Positions 23,901 through 38,900 of a stretch of DNA of 64,000 nucleotides are shown here, piece by piece. Location of the stretch: positions 392,522,001 through 392,586,000 of the forward strand of contig OZ024740.1 of the NCBI GenBank assembly GCA_964016885.1, given 5' to 3'. Positions within the stretch are counted from its first letter, which is position 1, and every line of letters begins with the position of its first letter. The notes under the pieces are model-generated. The model did not search any database and was not told the DNA's origin. It saw nothing but the letters and a program-made list of their open reading frames with translations. Both the position numbers and the translations under genes were made by a program. This DNA is from Eledone cirrhosa (taxonomy: Eukaryota).

Positions 23901-26900
23901 TCTACTGACAAAATTTCAAGCCTGCACATAGAAAATTAAGAAAATTACAAACAAATAAAATTGATAACCCTCTTGAATACGATTAACTGAAAATAATTGT
24001 TTCTACTTTTTGACACAAGGCCAGCAATTACCCAGTGCATTACTGGTACTTTATTTTATCGACCCCCATAAGGATGAAAGGCAAAGTTAACCTCGGCAGG
24101 ATTTAAACTCAGAATGGCAAGGGCCGTAACTCTATGCGTCAAAGCATGGCGGCTGACCCTCTACCGTTACTGCCAATTCACCTCAAAATAATGTTTCTAC
24201 TTTTTGGCACAAGGCCAGCAATTACCCAGTGCATTACTGGTACTTTATTTTATCAACCCTGTAAGGATGAAAGGCAAAGTTAACCTCGGCGGGATTTGAA
24301 CTCAGACCATAAAGGGCCGTAACTCTTTGCTGCAAAGCATGGCGTCCGACCCTCTACTGATACTGCCAATCCACCTCAAAATAATTATTTCTACTTTTGG
24401 CACAATGCCAGCAATTATCCCAGTGAATTACAGGTACTTTATTTTATCGACCCCGTAAGGATGAAAGGCAAAGTTAACCTCGGCAGGATTTGAACTCAGA
24501 ATGGCAAGGGCCGTAACTCTATGTGTCAAAGCATGGCGTCCGACCCTCTACCGATACTGCCCCGAACAGATAAGCATGAGGTTTGAAAATTAATGTGAAT
24601 GCTAATTTTACTGTTTTTAAAAAAAGCACAGTGGATAATGTAGACCTTAACTATGTTTGGAAAAAAATGAGATCTTTATGACTAGAGTCTTTGATTATTG
24701 GTCTGTTCAATTAAGACTGATTTGGTGCTAAAAACAACATTCTTTGAAAGGAAGAGAGGTTAAAATGAATTTCCTTTTGCCATACAATTATGTGGTGTTA
24801 ATAGATATTTCAGTTCACAAATTTACGTTTCAGAAAGTGGTTTATGTCAGCCAGTTCAAGGCCCGGGACCAGACACTTTAGATGAAATAGCAGACAAACA
24901 GAAATTTTTTTCTGTAAGTTTCTCTTAGCTTTTCTTACTATATCTATTGCTTTATTGTGTATTGCTTTTTCATCAAATGAGTGTCACATAATTACATTTT
25001 AACTCTTTCTTTTTCTTATTCATCATCATCATAATCCTAATCTGTTTTTCAATGCTTTGTTGTTGTGTATGGCATGCTTTTTTTTACAGCTGGAGCCCCT
25101 CCTCTCACCAACCTTTTAAAAGTATGGAATGGCTTTGGTGCATTTTATCATTCAACCAGCACTAGAGAGGGGGATTACAGTATTAAAATATCCCTTCTAC
25201 TCTTTATCAGTTTATATTCAGAGTTACTAATGGATTGCCTATTATGTAAAATGACTTTTATGGCTAAATATACTTCCTAACACCAATTACAGAGTGGACT
25301 GGGTATATTTTATTGTGTCACCATTATTAGAGAGATTGTCTGTAATAAGAATAAAGAGTCCCTTCTACTCTATGTCACCTCCATTTGTTTCATTCCCTCA
25401 ACAACCACTTTAGGACATTGACTGGATGCATTTTATCATGTCACCATCTCTAGAAGAGTTATCTCTGATTCTACCCTATGCTATCTCTGTCTGTACTTAC
25501 TTATTTGGAATGATTTTTATTGCTGGATATTTTTCATATCACCAACCAAAATACATGTGCCTGCACAAAATACATGTGCACACACGCATGCACACAAAGA
25601 TTGAATTAAAAACTTTGCTTTGAAAACAATGAAGTGTAAACAGTTTCCCCTATTTCCTCTGTACACAGGAAACCAAACGAAAAATAACCTCTTTGCATTT
25701 CAGAGATTATTGTCCCTTCATCAGAAGAAACTGTCCTGATGATTCTGTCTACAGAGAAATATTTTCATAGCATCGCCATATGTCAAGCAGGGTGTAAAAT
25801 ATAACTGAAATGGTCAGTCTAATTTGCTTGGCATAACATAGTTAATAAAATAATAAGTATTTATGCGAGAACAGTGTGTATTATAATATTTAAGGTAGAT
25901 TTAATGTAGATATATCTACAATTTTTTGAACTAGAAGCTTTTCTGAAAAAGAAAAAAAAAAAAAGAAAGAATAAAGGATGAGATGGTGATTATGGCTTGA
26001 ATAACTTTGATCATAGATCTATTTGCTCAGGCCAACTTGGGGATAAACAACAACAACACATTATGTATATGTTTTATTTGCTTGATAGGAACTTGAAAAA
26101 GAGATGAGTGGTACATTAGACTATGGTCTTCTTAACCGGCAACTAAGCAAAGCAAGCACTCAATTAGCGATGAGCTCAGTTGATTGTAACACCAAGGATA
26201 GCGTGAAGCCCCAAGTGACTGGAGGAAAAGTATGGAGTAACACATCTGACACTTCAGCTAAAGTTGAACTTTTGGTAATATTCTTTGATTTTATGAAATT
26301 TGTGTCCTTGGAGTGGAATCTTTTATAATTGAATCTATTTCACAGTCAGAGATATCTTGAAAAGTGGTTATTTAAAAATGATTAACCCTTTAGCAGTTAC
26401 ATTACTCTATATATACTATTGTATTTTTCTGGTAAAGGCTTTATGTTACATAATATTGAATCTATGGGATTTTGATATTATCTATTTTGAGAACAATGCC
26501 TTAACATCAGTATGAGTGGCCAGTTTGAACTGAAAGAGTTGAGAAAATCCTGGCTTGATATGGCCGATTTAAATGCTAAAGGGTTAAGTCAGTTTTTAAA
26601 AGTATCTAAAGAAGAATTTATTCAATAAATTTCAATTAATTTACATAATGTTAGCATAATCCTCCCCCCTCAGAAAAAATAAAGAAAGTAAGGAGGAGGG
26701 AAGTAATGCTATTCTACACACCTGTTTATATGGTATATCTCAGCTGTGCCCTTTGGACAAAATGGCGAAGGAACAGCCAATGACACATGTTGGATCAGAT
26801 ACTCTACTTCACAGGGCTCATTATTATATGGTGAATTGGCAGAGTTATTAGAATGCTGGATAAAATATTTTGCTGTATTTGTCTCAACTCTCTGCACTCT

Positions 26901-29900
26901 GAGCTCATATCTTGCTGAGGTCAACTTTGATTTTCATCTTTTGAGAATTGGTAAATAATGTACCAGTCTAAGGTAGTGGATTGGTGGAGCTGTTAGATCA
27001 TCAGATGAGATACCTTGCAGTATCTCTTCACACTCTTGACATTCTGAGTTCAAATTCCACCTTACTGGAGTCACATCAATAGTAAGGTTACTGCAAAGTG
27101 CTGTCATTGAGGGAGTGGCAATGAAACTCTAGTGAACTCATAAAACATGGCATGAATTCATAAAAGTTTTAGGCATCCAGAGATGCCACAAGGCAAACAA
27201 TTTTAATTACTAAATCTAATTAATTGATTGGATCATTAATTATGTAGAAATATGCTGATCTAAGCAGATATTTTTGAACTGAATTTTAGTGGGTGCAGGA
27301 ATGACTGTGTAGTTAAAAAGTTTACTTCACAACTTCACAATTATGTTTTCAAGTTCAATCCCACTATATGATACTTTAGGCAAGTGCTTATCTACCATAG
27401 TCTTGTGTTGACCAAAGCCTTTTAAGGGAAATTGCTATGCAGAAACTGATAAAGCCTGTTGGAGATATTATTTCTGTTCTTGAGTGTTAGACTGTTACTT
27501 GGTTTAACAACATAATTGCCCCTTTTGTGCCTTTAACAGAGTTGAGTCTATTGCAAGCATTCAGATCAAGGCTCTGGTTTGACGATAATTTCCTTTCTTC
27601 TCTGTCTTAGAGTCCTCTAATTCATTAAACAAAAGTACTACAGATCAATGTTTATTTTTAATTTCTGCAATAGTAAGCAGATGAAAGGTAAATATTTCCC
27701 ATAATAGAATGCTTACCATATTACACATAAACTTTATACACTGTCTACATCAAAATTTGTACTTTTTCATATTACTTATTTACAACCAGTCTGACTGGGC
27801 CATTGGCAGTTAAGTCTTTCTACCAAGGATACAATATACTATTAACTCTTTCCTCTCCAATTCAAAATAAAACCTATCAACTCTTTGGTTTGTAGGCATG
27901 CATCTTGTCAATTTGTCTAATTTTCAACTGCTATCATATATTTTACTAATATTTTACTAATACCGACAAGTTAAGATTTTGAATGTTTTATATGATTTAC
28001 ATGTTTATTTTGAAAAATATAATTTTCTATTTTTTATGTTTATTTAGAAACCTACCCAGCAACAAACTAGTTTGTTATCAAAAGGTAAGAAATATTTTTC
28101 AAATTTATTAAAAAAATGTGAAGTTTTAATTGACAACCATGGGGATTTTATTTTTAATTTCATTGTTCTCATTATGGAGAAACCATATTCTGTTTATCAA
28201 TATCCATTGGCAACATGGTATGTAATATTTATGGTTATCATTTTTAATTTAGATTACTTATGGTAAGTCTAGCTGTAATTCACAGTGTAAATGATTTGGG
28301 ATAGTTAAGGGACCAAGGTTATGTAGTATACCAACAATGTATAAAGTAGCAAAGCTTGTACAAAATATCAATGAAGAGCCCTGTTGTTATTGTAATTATA
28401 AGAATTTCAATAAACTATATTGATTTCTTATATTGACACACATTTGTAATGATAGGGTGTAAGTCATTCAAATCAACTAGAGCATGCCTGGTTTTCATTT
28501 TCCTGAAGGGATTTGAACTCGGAATATAGGAGAATGAAACTTAAATATTGTGAAGTGTATTGCATCATTAACCCTTTCAGGATCATATTTCTCATGAAAT
28601 ATACTCTATTTCAATAAATTAATGAAGAATTTTAAGGGATCTACTAAAATTATTAATTATTTCATTACTATTTAGTAACCTAACATATGGTTCTTATATC
28701 AAATTATGTTGATTCTGTGCTGGATGTTCATGTTAAGAGAGGGGTTGAGCTATTAACTGATCACCATCTAGTTATCTGCAACTTGTGACTACCTAGAGCC
28801 AAAGAAGCCCACAAAACTGGCAGATCCAGGGAGACCTACAGGATAAAGTGTGAAGAGTTGGTGGATAAGGAAGTCAGGACCAGGTATGCAGATACTATTG
28901 CATCCAAATTTAGAGAACTCTCTGAGCAAATTGAGGATGTTGAGACAGAGTAGAGATTGTTCAGCTCAGCAGTTTCTACTTCAGTTGTTGAATGTTGCGG
29001 GCAAAAGAGGCTTGGTGTGGCGCCGGATGGCAGGAGGACCCCTTGGGTCAATCAAACGGTCAAAGATGCCATCCAAGCAAAGAAGGAAGCCTAGAAAGCT
29101 TGGCTTAGACATAAATCCTCATTCATTCACTTGTGAGAAGGCATGAAGAATTGCAGCAGAGACAGTAAAGGCGTTCAAAGTTAAGACATGGGAGGACTTT
29201 GAGGTTAAGCTGGAATCCGACTTCAGATCAGCAAATAAAGTGTTATGGCAGACTATCTGCTGACTTTGTAATAAGAAGTCTTCCTCTACACCTGCTATCA
29301 GGAACGCATCTGGGGTTCTCCTCTCTTCAGAAAGGTACATCCTCACGAGGTGGAGAGAATACTTTGTTGTTCTCCTAAACCCGATCACATCTTCTGATAT
29401 ACAAGAGGTGCATCTGGGAGAAGTCACTAATCTATCAGAGGCTGAGTTTACAAGAGCAGTTCAAGAGCTCAAATGTGGCAAGGTCACTGGGGAAGTTGAA
29501 ATCTAGCCCGAGATATTAAAAGCCTTAAATAGAGAAGGTATTCTCTGACTGACTTGTGTGTGCCAGGTTGCCTGGATCTCTGGAAAGGCACCTAATCAAT
29601 GGCAATAGGGAGTGATAATCCCAATTTTCAAAAAGGGAGACAAGAGAGATTATTCCAATCACAGAGGGATCTCCTTGTTAGGCCTCCCTGGTTAAGTCTA
29701 TGCTAAGTGTCTGGCAAAGAAATGCATGGAGATTGTCGATTCCAAGCTAACTATTGAACAGTGCAGTTTTCACCCGGACGCAGCACAGCCGACCAAATTT
29801 ATGAATGCCCAAACTTTTCATTTTTCCTTCTAAAATATAGGACATTTTCTGCCAAGTTAAAAAGAAACCAATATATTGAATGCTTCTAGAACAGAGGAAA

Positions 29901-32900
29901 TGGTGAAATATTTAATTAATTCTTTAAATTTAGTTAGTTCATCACATCACTGTTTAAAGTTTAAATGTATTGTAGTCATCATTATTTTTGGTTTATAAAA
30001 AAATCATTATATGGAATCCTTATAACTTACTTTTTTTTTCTTTTTGTTTTTCATTTTTACTAGTCATGTTGCTTGACTCAATGGGATCTTCTCTGAATAC
30101 AACGGGGACATCTGCTCCTGCAGAAATTACATCCCCTATAGCACCCAAAGAGGGCTCAGACAAAACTGAAAAGCAAACACCCCAGAAAGACAATCAAGGT
30201 GATTTTAAATGTTTTGTAAAAAAAAAAAAATTTAAGCAATTGTGGTTTTTTTTTCTCTCTCATCTGATCCTGCATTTGAAGTTTCAATCTTTTATATCAG
30301 AAATGTTATAAACATTGTTGTGACCAGCTTCAGTTCAGAAATTATTTTAAGAACATTGGAAGCTATTAGTCTAGAGCAAAGGTTCTCAACGGGGGGGCAT
30401 ATGCCCCCCCAGGGTGCGTTTCAGAGCTCCAGGGGAAGTTGGCGTTAGGACCTTTGGGGGGGGCGCTGGTAAGTTTTATAAGCCATATTTGTATGTCTCT
30501 GAACACAGTCAGAATCTTGTTTTTCCTTCACTGATATCAATGTATTTCATATCTGAAATTATTGACTCAATCGCAATGAGTTAACAGATCTATTTTTAGA
30601 TCTAATTGTATAAATAACTAGCAGTGGTACCCGGCGTTGCACGAGATAAGGTATTTTGGAATGCGGGCCGCCAACAGACCTAATCGTTGAAAAACTGCAT
30701 GCCTGGACAATATATAAAGAAAATAAACTAAATACTCTGATGGCTGGATAATATTTAAGATTTTCCTCGATGAAGCAGGAAAAATGCAGGTTTTCACCTA
30801 ATGTGGGCTCTAGGGGATCAAGAAAATGAATTTTTTTTATGTGCATAATATGCCTTGAAATTTCAGGAAAATCGGCTCGACGTAACACCTCAAAAAAGCC
30901 CTAAAAAGCTGAAAAAACGCAGTTTTTCACCTAATGTGGGCCCTAGGAGATCAAAAAGTTGAATTTTTTATGTGCATAACACTCCCTGAAACATAAGTAA
31001 ATCACATGTAAAGTTTGAAAAAATTTGGTTGGGTACTTCTCGAGTTTTAGGAATTCAAACTCACAGACACACACACACACACACAGACATCCTCAGTTTT
31101 ATATATATAGATATTACAAATAAAAAAAAGAAAAGGAAAACAGAAAAGAAAAAATGCAGAAGCGGGTGGCACACACATCTAGGACCACATACAACACACA
31201 AGCAGGTAATACATACATCTGGGACCACATGCAACGCATAAGCAAGTAGCACACACATCTGGGACCACATACAATACACATTGTATCATGTGCTATGGAC
31301 GATGCAAGAGCAATGGTCGGCCGACATAATGGTTTTGTCACTCTTCTGAAGAGTGAAAATCCATCTGTATTTGCTGTTCATTGTTTTATTCATCGTCAAC
31401 AGTTTTTCTGATGCAAGAGGAAATTCAGCGTCGATTTCCACTCCTATATGCAGAGGCTAAGAGATTTGCTCTGCCTTTTCCAAGCTATACTTAGTCAAGA
31501 GGGGGTTTGGTGCTTTTTCCAGACTGCACAATAAGGCTCGCAACCGCTACAATATAATTACACGTGGAGGTCTTCGGCTACATCTTACAAAAATCCACCC
31601 TGACGTCAAAGAGTTAGCTAGACTCCATGAAGCTCAAGAGTCCCATTGAAATGAGGTCAAAGTTAAAGTAAGTCGATTTATCAAAAAACTTAGATATGCT
31701 ATTGTTACGAAGCAAACTAACAGTTTTTTTATTTGTAGTTGCAGTCTGACTGGACTGAAACCATCTACCACGATTCACTTACTCATTTGTTGTATATATT
31801 TTACTGTTTACTAATAAATATACCCTCTTACGTGGTCATGAAAACCTTCTTCCATGGTCTCTAAGCTCACAAAGAGGAGGGGGGACATCAAGTTAGATAT
31901 CAACATTTATTCTGTGCTTTTCATTAAAGGGAAAATTGGAAAGCTTTGAAATGATATAATTGCCACTTTCTTCCAGATAAGAGCACTCTTTGGATAGACA
32001 GAGTTGCTCTTGTATAAATGTTCAAAATAGTTGGTATCGCCTGGTGGGAATATAACAAATTCAACTGGTCCTTATTCATAAAAAAGAACATTTATGTTCC
32101 TTTTTTTGAAATTTATATACTTCCTTTCAAGGAATGTATTTATACTCTCAGCTGCCTACAATGGTATCTTTGGAATATTGTTAATCAATTTTTTAGTAAT
32201 CAGTAGTATATTGAAAAACGGAAAAATTGGGGGTGGGGGGCGTTTCGTGATTTCGAGGGGTTGAGAACCTGTGTCCTAAATTAATTAACTATTTTCTAAT
32301 CATCCAAATGTCTATTTTTAATTTGAATGAATCAGTCAGATGCTATTGCCATGGTTTGATTCCACATTGAACAAAATTTCAAAAAGAATTGATACTTTGA
32401 ACTGTATTCCTAAATACACTCTGCATGAATAAACAAGATAACATGGTTGTGACTAGAGTACCTTTGATTATAGGTCTGCTTGATCAGGACAGATATCAAC
32501 AATAAACAAGAAAATACATTCGAATTTTTCTGGCATTACTCTTCACATGATTTCTCTCCACATTCTACTTCCATTATTTAGCCCCAGGCTAGCCTTGATC
32601 AAGCAAATCTATGATCAAAGGTGTTTCAGCTATGACAATCCAGTCTTTTTTCTCTTAGGACACAGTGTATGTAGGACTACATTATCCATAATATCATTCC
32701 TTTTATAAAATGGTTGGGTGTGACTTGATGGAGTTTTGGCTGCTGTTTCTAATAGCTCCAACAAGCATGTAGTGGCCCTCACATTAACTTATCTCCATGT
32801 TCTATTAATCGGACACAGTCTACATAGTGCTTCATTATGCAGTAAGTTGTTTCTTTTATTAGATGGTTGGGTATGGATTGATGCAGATTTGGTTGCTATT

Positions 32901-35900
32901 TCTAAGAGCCCCAGTAACCATGTATGAGCTTATCTCTTTGTTCTGTTAATGTAGCTGGTATAGGTGACTGTTTTAAAGTGCTTATATCTATCTAAAAAAC
33001 TTTCCGTCATAATTGTATGTAAGAACCTTTGTTAAGTTATGTTCCAAGAAGAAAGTTAGTTTAATTTTTGATTATTTTCTAAATTATTTAAAAATCATTG
33101 GCAGTGTCTTTCATTAAAAATATGGTAACGACAATAAGAACATTATCATCATCATCATTTAACTTCTATTTTCCTTACTTATTTAGGTTAGATAGGCTCT
33201 CTCCTTATGAGATCAGGCAGATCAGCTGACCAAGTTGCTCATATACTCTATTTTTGGTTGGGTTTCCTATAGCTGGATACCCTTTATAATGCCAACCACC
33301 TTACATAGTGGACTGGATGTTTTTTATTGTGGCACCGGTATGATCACTTTATAAGGTGGACTGGATGCTGTTTTTCATGGCACCAACAATGCTACCTTAC
33401 AGGGCAGAATGAGTGCTTTTTGTTGTGGCACTAATATGACCCTGTTACTGGATGGATTGGGTGTTTTATCAAGTTACTAGTGCTACCTCATTATAAAGTT
33501 TTGGTGCTTGTTGTGTCCTTGGTACAGCTAGGGAGGCAATAATGAGACTAGGTAATAATTGTTTCTACTTTTGGCACAAGGCCAGCAATTACCCAGTACA
33601 TTACTGGTACTTTATTTTATCGACCCCGTAAGGATGAAAGGCAAAGTTAACCTCGGCGGGATTTGAAATCAGAATGGAAAGGGCCGTAGCTCTATGCGTC
33701 AAAGCATGGCGTCCGACCCTCTACCGATACTGCCAATCCACCGAATGAAAGCAAGGTGGTAGTGGGGGGCATCCCACTATGGGAGAATAATCAAGGTGTT
33801 TTGATGGGAGTTGCACTTGGGAGTGTATTGTGGAATGTGTCTGGCTCTTCATGCATGATTAGGTTGGACAGGATAGGTGCACTGGAAATGCATTGTTAAA
33901 TGCCAGATGGGTTGTCATGCTGTGAGACATGGATGGATATGGGGAGAAGGACACAGGCTATGTGCTGATGGCTGGGGTAGCTGGGGTGAATAAGGAGAGA
34001 CATCCCAACAACAGTGGGGGAAGGACACAGGCTATGTGCTGATTGCTGGGGTAGGCTGGGGTGAATAAGGAGAGACATCCCACCAACTGTGGGAGAAGGT
34101 AACACTGAGTTATTGGGGTAACCCTCAAACAAATGGCTAGTACCTGGCAAAATGTGAAATGTGCCTCACCTTTTGTGTTGAACAGTAAAGGTGATTCATG
34201 GATGTGAGTGCCAAAGAATTGGAGAACATGGGTTGGGCAGGGAGGTCTTCCCCAGTTTTCCACGCTGGCATGGATTGGATGAGGAAGGGAAAGAGACAGG
34301 TATGAGTGGAGGAAATAACTGGGGTGGGGATTAGGCAGGGAAATTGCAGGGTAGAGGGACATAGGTTGGACAAGAGAAGTAAATGAAAGAAGGTCCACTC
34401 TACCTTTCCATGTTGGGTTGGGTTAGACAAGGAAGGGGGAAAGAAGGGTATGAATTGGGAGGGGAGTAACAGAAGTGGGATTCAGATGGGGAAATTGAAA
34501 GTAGACTGGCAAATGAGGTCCTAAATGTCCCACCTCTCTGCTTCTTTGGGTTTAAGGTGGGTGAATGTGTATGGGAGGTAAATCGGGACCATACTGGCAG
34601 GTGGGGGCCATCTTCTCCATGCTCATTTCATGCTTGCATGGTAAGGGCCACATTTAATGGTAATCATAAAACACACTTACACACACAGACACATGCACAT
34701 ACTTACAAATATCTATTTTTCATAATTCTACAGTATTTCAAGGAACCGTTACTAATGAAGAAATCAAGGAGCTCCATAATGCTTTACATGATATTAATTT
34801 ATCCTCAACTATACCTGTTGCTGAAGCTATTCCACCAAATAATTTGGTTGTTGAAGAATCCAAGCAACTATGCTATCTCACAGATTATTCTGGTCAGCTT
34901 CGTAATGATGCCCATCTTGAGAATAATACTAAAAAACATATTCAAAATGCTGCCATCAACATTGGTAAGGATTATATTGATTTCTTTCTTAGGCATGATG
35001 TCTAAAATTTATATGGAAGGAGAATAGATTGTCATATAATAATAATAATAATAATGAAATTATTGTGTAAAGTGCTCAGGTGCACTACAACTCATATATT
35101 CTTTACAGCTCTTATATTCTGAGTTCAAATCCCACTGAAGTTAGTTTTGCTTTTCATCCTTCCAGAGTCTATAATAAAATAAAGAAACAGTCAAGTGTTT
35201 TCATGATTAATTCAATGTTGTCTTTCAACCCTCCAAATTGAATCAAATAAATGTTGAATATAAGAGTTGATTCAGTCAATCTATGCTTCTCCTGAAAAAT
35301 ATTTGACTTTATGCTATATAAGAAATTCTCATCAATCTTATAATTTAAATTGAGTGTGACAGTAAACTTACTGTTGTCAGTAAACTTGAGCTGACTATCT
35401 GGTTTCAGGTCCCAGTAGAAATCATATTACACATGCTGCTAATAGGTTCTCTTTACCCAACCTATACTTAAACTCTTAATTTTCCTCCTACATAATACAG
35501 GAATTTTTCTCTTCACTATTCCTTTTATTCTTATCTAAAGGTCTTCTATTCTGCCTAAACTAACGCTAAAATATCATTCTTTTCAGACTTTATAATTAAA
35601 GATAAAGATAGAATACTACTCTTTTTGCGAAGATAAAAAAGGTCTCTACATGTTTGCATAATGAATTTAATTTTAATCTACAAAGTTTTAGTATGTAAAT
35701 TATTTCATTTGTAGATTTATATTCTATGGATCATATAGTTTAATTGGGGATATTATTCTTTTAAATCTATATGTGTTTGTTTTATCAGAGACAAAAAGAA
35801 ATAATAATAATACACTTGAAAGTTTACTGGAAGAAACTGAGAAAATAGCATTAAATCAGAAAAGAAATTGAGAGTAAATTTCTTTTTTAGCATTTTTATA

Positions 35901-38900
35901 TTATTTAGTGTTTTAAAGGTGTGTAGTACTTTGAAGAATGAGTGGGTTATAAAGCTGAAGTATTAGAATATTGTTTGAAAGTTCATGAGTGTAAGTCTTA
36001 GCTTGTGACATTCAAAAGTTTATCTCAAGCCTAGAGGCTCATCATACCAGGGCTTGCCCCAGTTTCACGAGGTTTTAAGCAACTGAGAGTACAAGACTCC
36101 CTAATAGACAGGATGTCAGTTCATCACAGTATTAACTCCCAAATGTTGCTAGTACTTATTCTTATCATTATCAGCTGAGTGAATTGGATCAGCATGACAT
36201 GAAGAACCTTGTTTAAAGACACATTGTGCCAGCAGGCTTGGGGATCAAACCCATGTCCTTATGATTGAGAGCCCCAAACCCTATTCACTAGGTTGCATGC
36301 CTTTATAGCTTGTGGCATTGTCCTCATACAAAATATTTTATTTGTAATAGCAGCTTTGAAGTCTATAGCACTGTTATTTAAATTATTGCCCTAATTAACA
36401 GTTTTACATCTTTTTAACTTAAAAAAAATATTATATAGATTTTAAAAGAATTGGAGGATCATTCAAGCATTGAATTTGAACTGAATCAATGTTTGATGTT
36501 GGACTCAGTAATTTAGTGACTCAGTCATGAAGTCAAGAAGAGCTACTGTGTAGCAGAATTGGCATTTGCATTGACAAAATGTTCTCCTTCATCCAGAGGT
36601 TAGTTACTAGAAAGGTAACATGCATCTCTACTCTAATAAATGAATATGACAGGCAGGTCATTTCTCTATGGAAGAGTCATATAGTTCAACATTCCATGAA
36701 TAAGAAAAACCGATAAATTCCAGTGCTAGCCTGGAGAAAAGTTATAAAAATAACCAAAAAAACAGTGTATTAGTACTGCAGCAGAATATATAAATTAAAG
36801 ATACAAAAGATGGACATGTAAATAGTTAAACTTTCAGGAATGTAGCCCAATCTAAAATAAATGGAAAAAAACTGGTGTTACTTGCATCAGTGAGAAATTG
36901 GTCTCTCTTGTCTCTCCCCACAATACTGATTGACAGATAAGAGGACTGAGCCACTGACAGCAAAGTAACTTTGTTATCCAAACTGTGCAGTGTTGTTGAC
37001 AGGATTCAAACTGTTGACTCTTGAGTTAGTAATTTGGCTGGCTGCAACTGTAATATAGAATTTTTATAAAATCACAACAAAAATTAAAACAGTTTTTAAA
37101 ATTTGTGCTTCAGAGATTTTTAATTTGATACCCTGGTCTCTGTCTCTTGTGTTATTCAGCCAAATCACCAGCAGAAAATTCTGTAGGTAATATGTGCAGT
37201 TTTGATCTTAGCCCTGTTGTTATTAATAATGAAATAGTTTCAACTCCAGCTGCATCAATGTCAACATCATTTGTGAGTAACCATTCTTTCTCAACCATAT
37301 GTTTATTTTATTCTGTATTTAATATTCTTATTTAAAATCCCATCTTTTGATTTTCTTTGTGTTTCTGTTTTAAGGATTTTTTATGGAGAAGGAAGGGCAG
37401 GGTTTGTAATCTTTTGAAGGACTTCTCATATTGGTGGTATGGTGGGAGAAAGAGAAGTACAAAACTCTAATCTCTTTCAAAGTAGGGCCCTCTGACTTCA
37501 GTGCTCCAACCACTTTGTGAAGGCCCCATGGAAGTCCTTCAAAGTGAAGGTGTTCAGGACCCTTGTTATAGCCTTCTTCACCTAACACTACGGCTACCCC
37601 ACCCCTTCTACTAGTAATAGGTAGCCCAATCTCACTCCTGTCAGTCTCCTCCCAGCCTAGTCAAGGACACAAGTGCGCTAGTGCTGAAATGTGGTTGTAC
37701 TGGTATCTCAATCAAATGTGCTCAGTGCTTAACCTGCACTGCAATGTGGAAGTACTAGTGACATAATACACCCAACCCACTTTGTAAAGTTGTAGTGCTA
37801 ATTCTACGATAAAATGCACCCATCCTATTTTATAAGGTGGCAGTGTTGGTACTATGAAAAAAGCCACCTAGTCCACCCTGTCAAGTGGTAGTGGTGATAG
37901 CACATGAAAACCAAACCTGGTACATGATTGAAGTGGTTGGCATTAGGAAAGGCATCCAACCATAGAAACCATGCCAAAATGAAACGTATGAGCTACTTTT
38001 CTGGTCACATTATGACAACCCATCTAACCTATACAAGCATAGAAAATAGACTTAAAATGGTGATGTCAATGATGATGGTAAGAAAATAAAGGGAGATTAA
38101 ATCCTTTCTTAAGACTTTTCCTGGGTGTAAGCTGTTTATATTTTTATCTTTTTTTTTTTTCAAGGGACCAAAACATGTTGAGAATGTTACTACTGATCAA
38201 GCCAGTCTCCCATTAACTGATTTCAGTAAAACTGGTGAGTTGCATTTATTTACCTTGTATCTCATCATATTTACTTCACATTTCATTAAAATTTCCTCAT
38301 GCGATACCATTTTTATTTAATGAAATACCTTGTTTAAATCACATTTCACTGAAGCTACATTTTAAGTTCATCATACTTACTTCATATGTTACTTTACTTA
38401 TCACAAATTGCATTAAGATTGATTTTATAATACTACCATCTTTATCATATATTTAATTAACATTAACTTACAATATCATTTTGTTTTGTTTTAAATATTC
38501 ACGTAATGACATATAAAATTATTTTCAGTTAATGTATCAAAAAAGACCAATAAATATAGCAAGATACCAAGTTCTGGTTATGGATGGACATCAGCTTCAG
38601 TTAATCGATCTAAGACAAAAATTCCTTTCAATTCTGATAAGCCTACTATGTTAATGAGGACATCTGGTGAGCCACGGTTTTGAAATTATTCTTTTACACC
38701 TTTCTCTTCTTTTCAGTTATTTTTAATATGAAACTGCGTTAAGAAAGACATTCTTAAAGAAGTGTAAAACTATGACTGCATCACATTAAAACTTAAGATC
38801 TTTACTCTAATATTAGAAATTTTCATAACAATTTGTCTACTAGTAAAGTCACTATAAACATTTGAATTAATAACCCATTTTTAGCTATTTTATACTAAAT

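Noticed and set aside
33896-34620. ORFs 33896-34430 and a duplicated block of about 70 bp
   Set aside because: Purine-rich decayed repeat sequence with a local duplication; translations are low-complexity with no motifs.
36439-36507. Possible extra CEP162 exon (ILKELEDHSSIEFELNQ...)
   Set aside because: Weak A-rich acceptor, and its phase (0) does not fit the neighbouring phase-1 junctions. Cannot be supported without RNA data.
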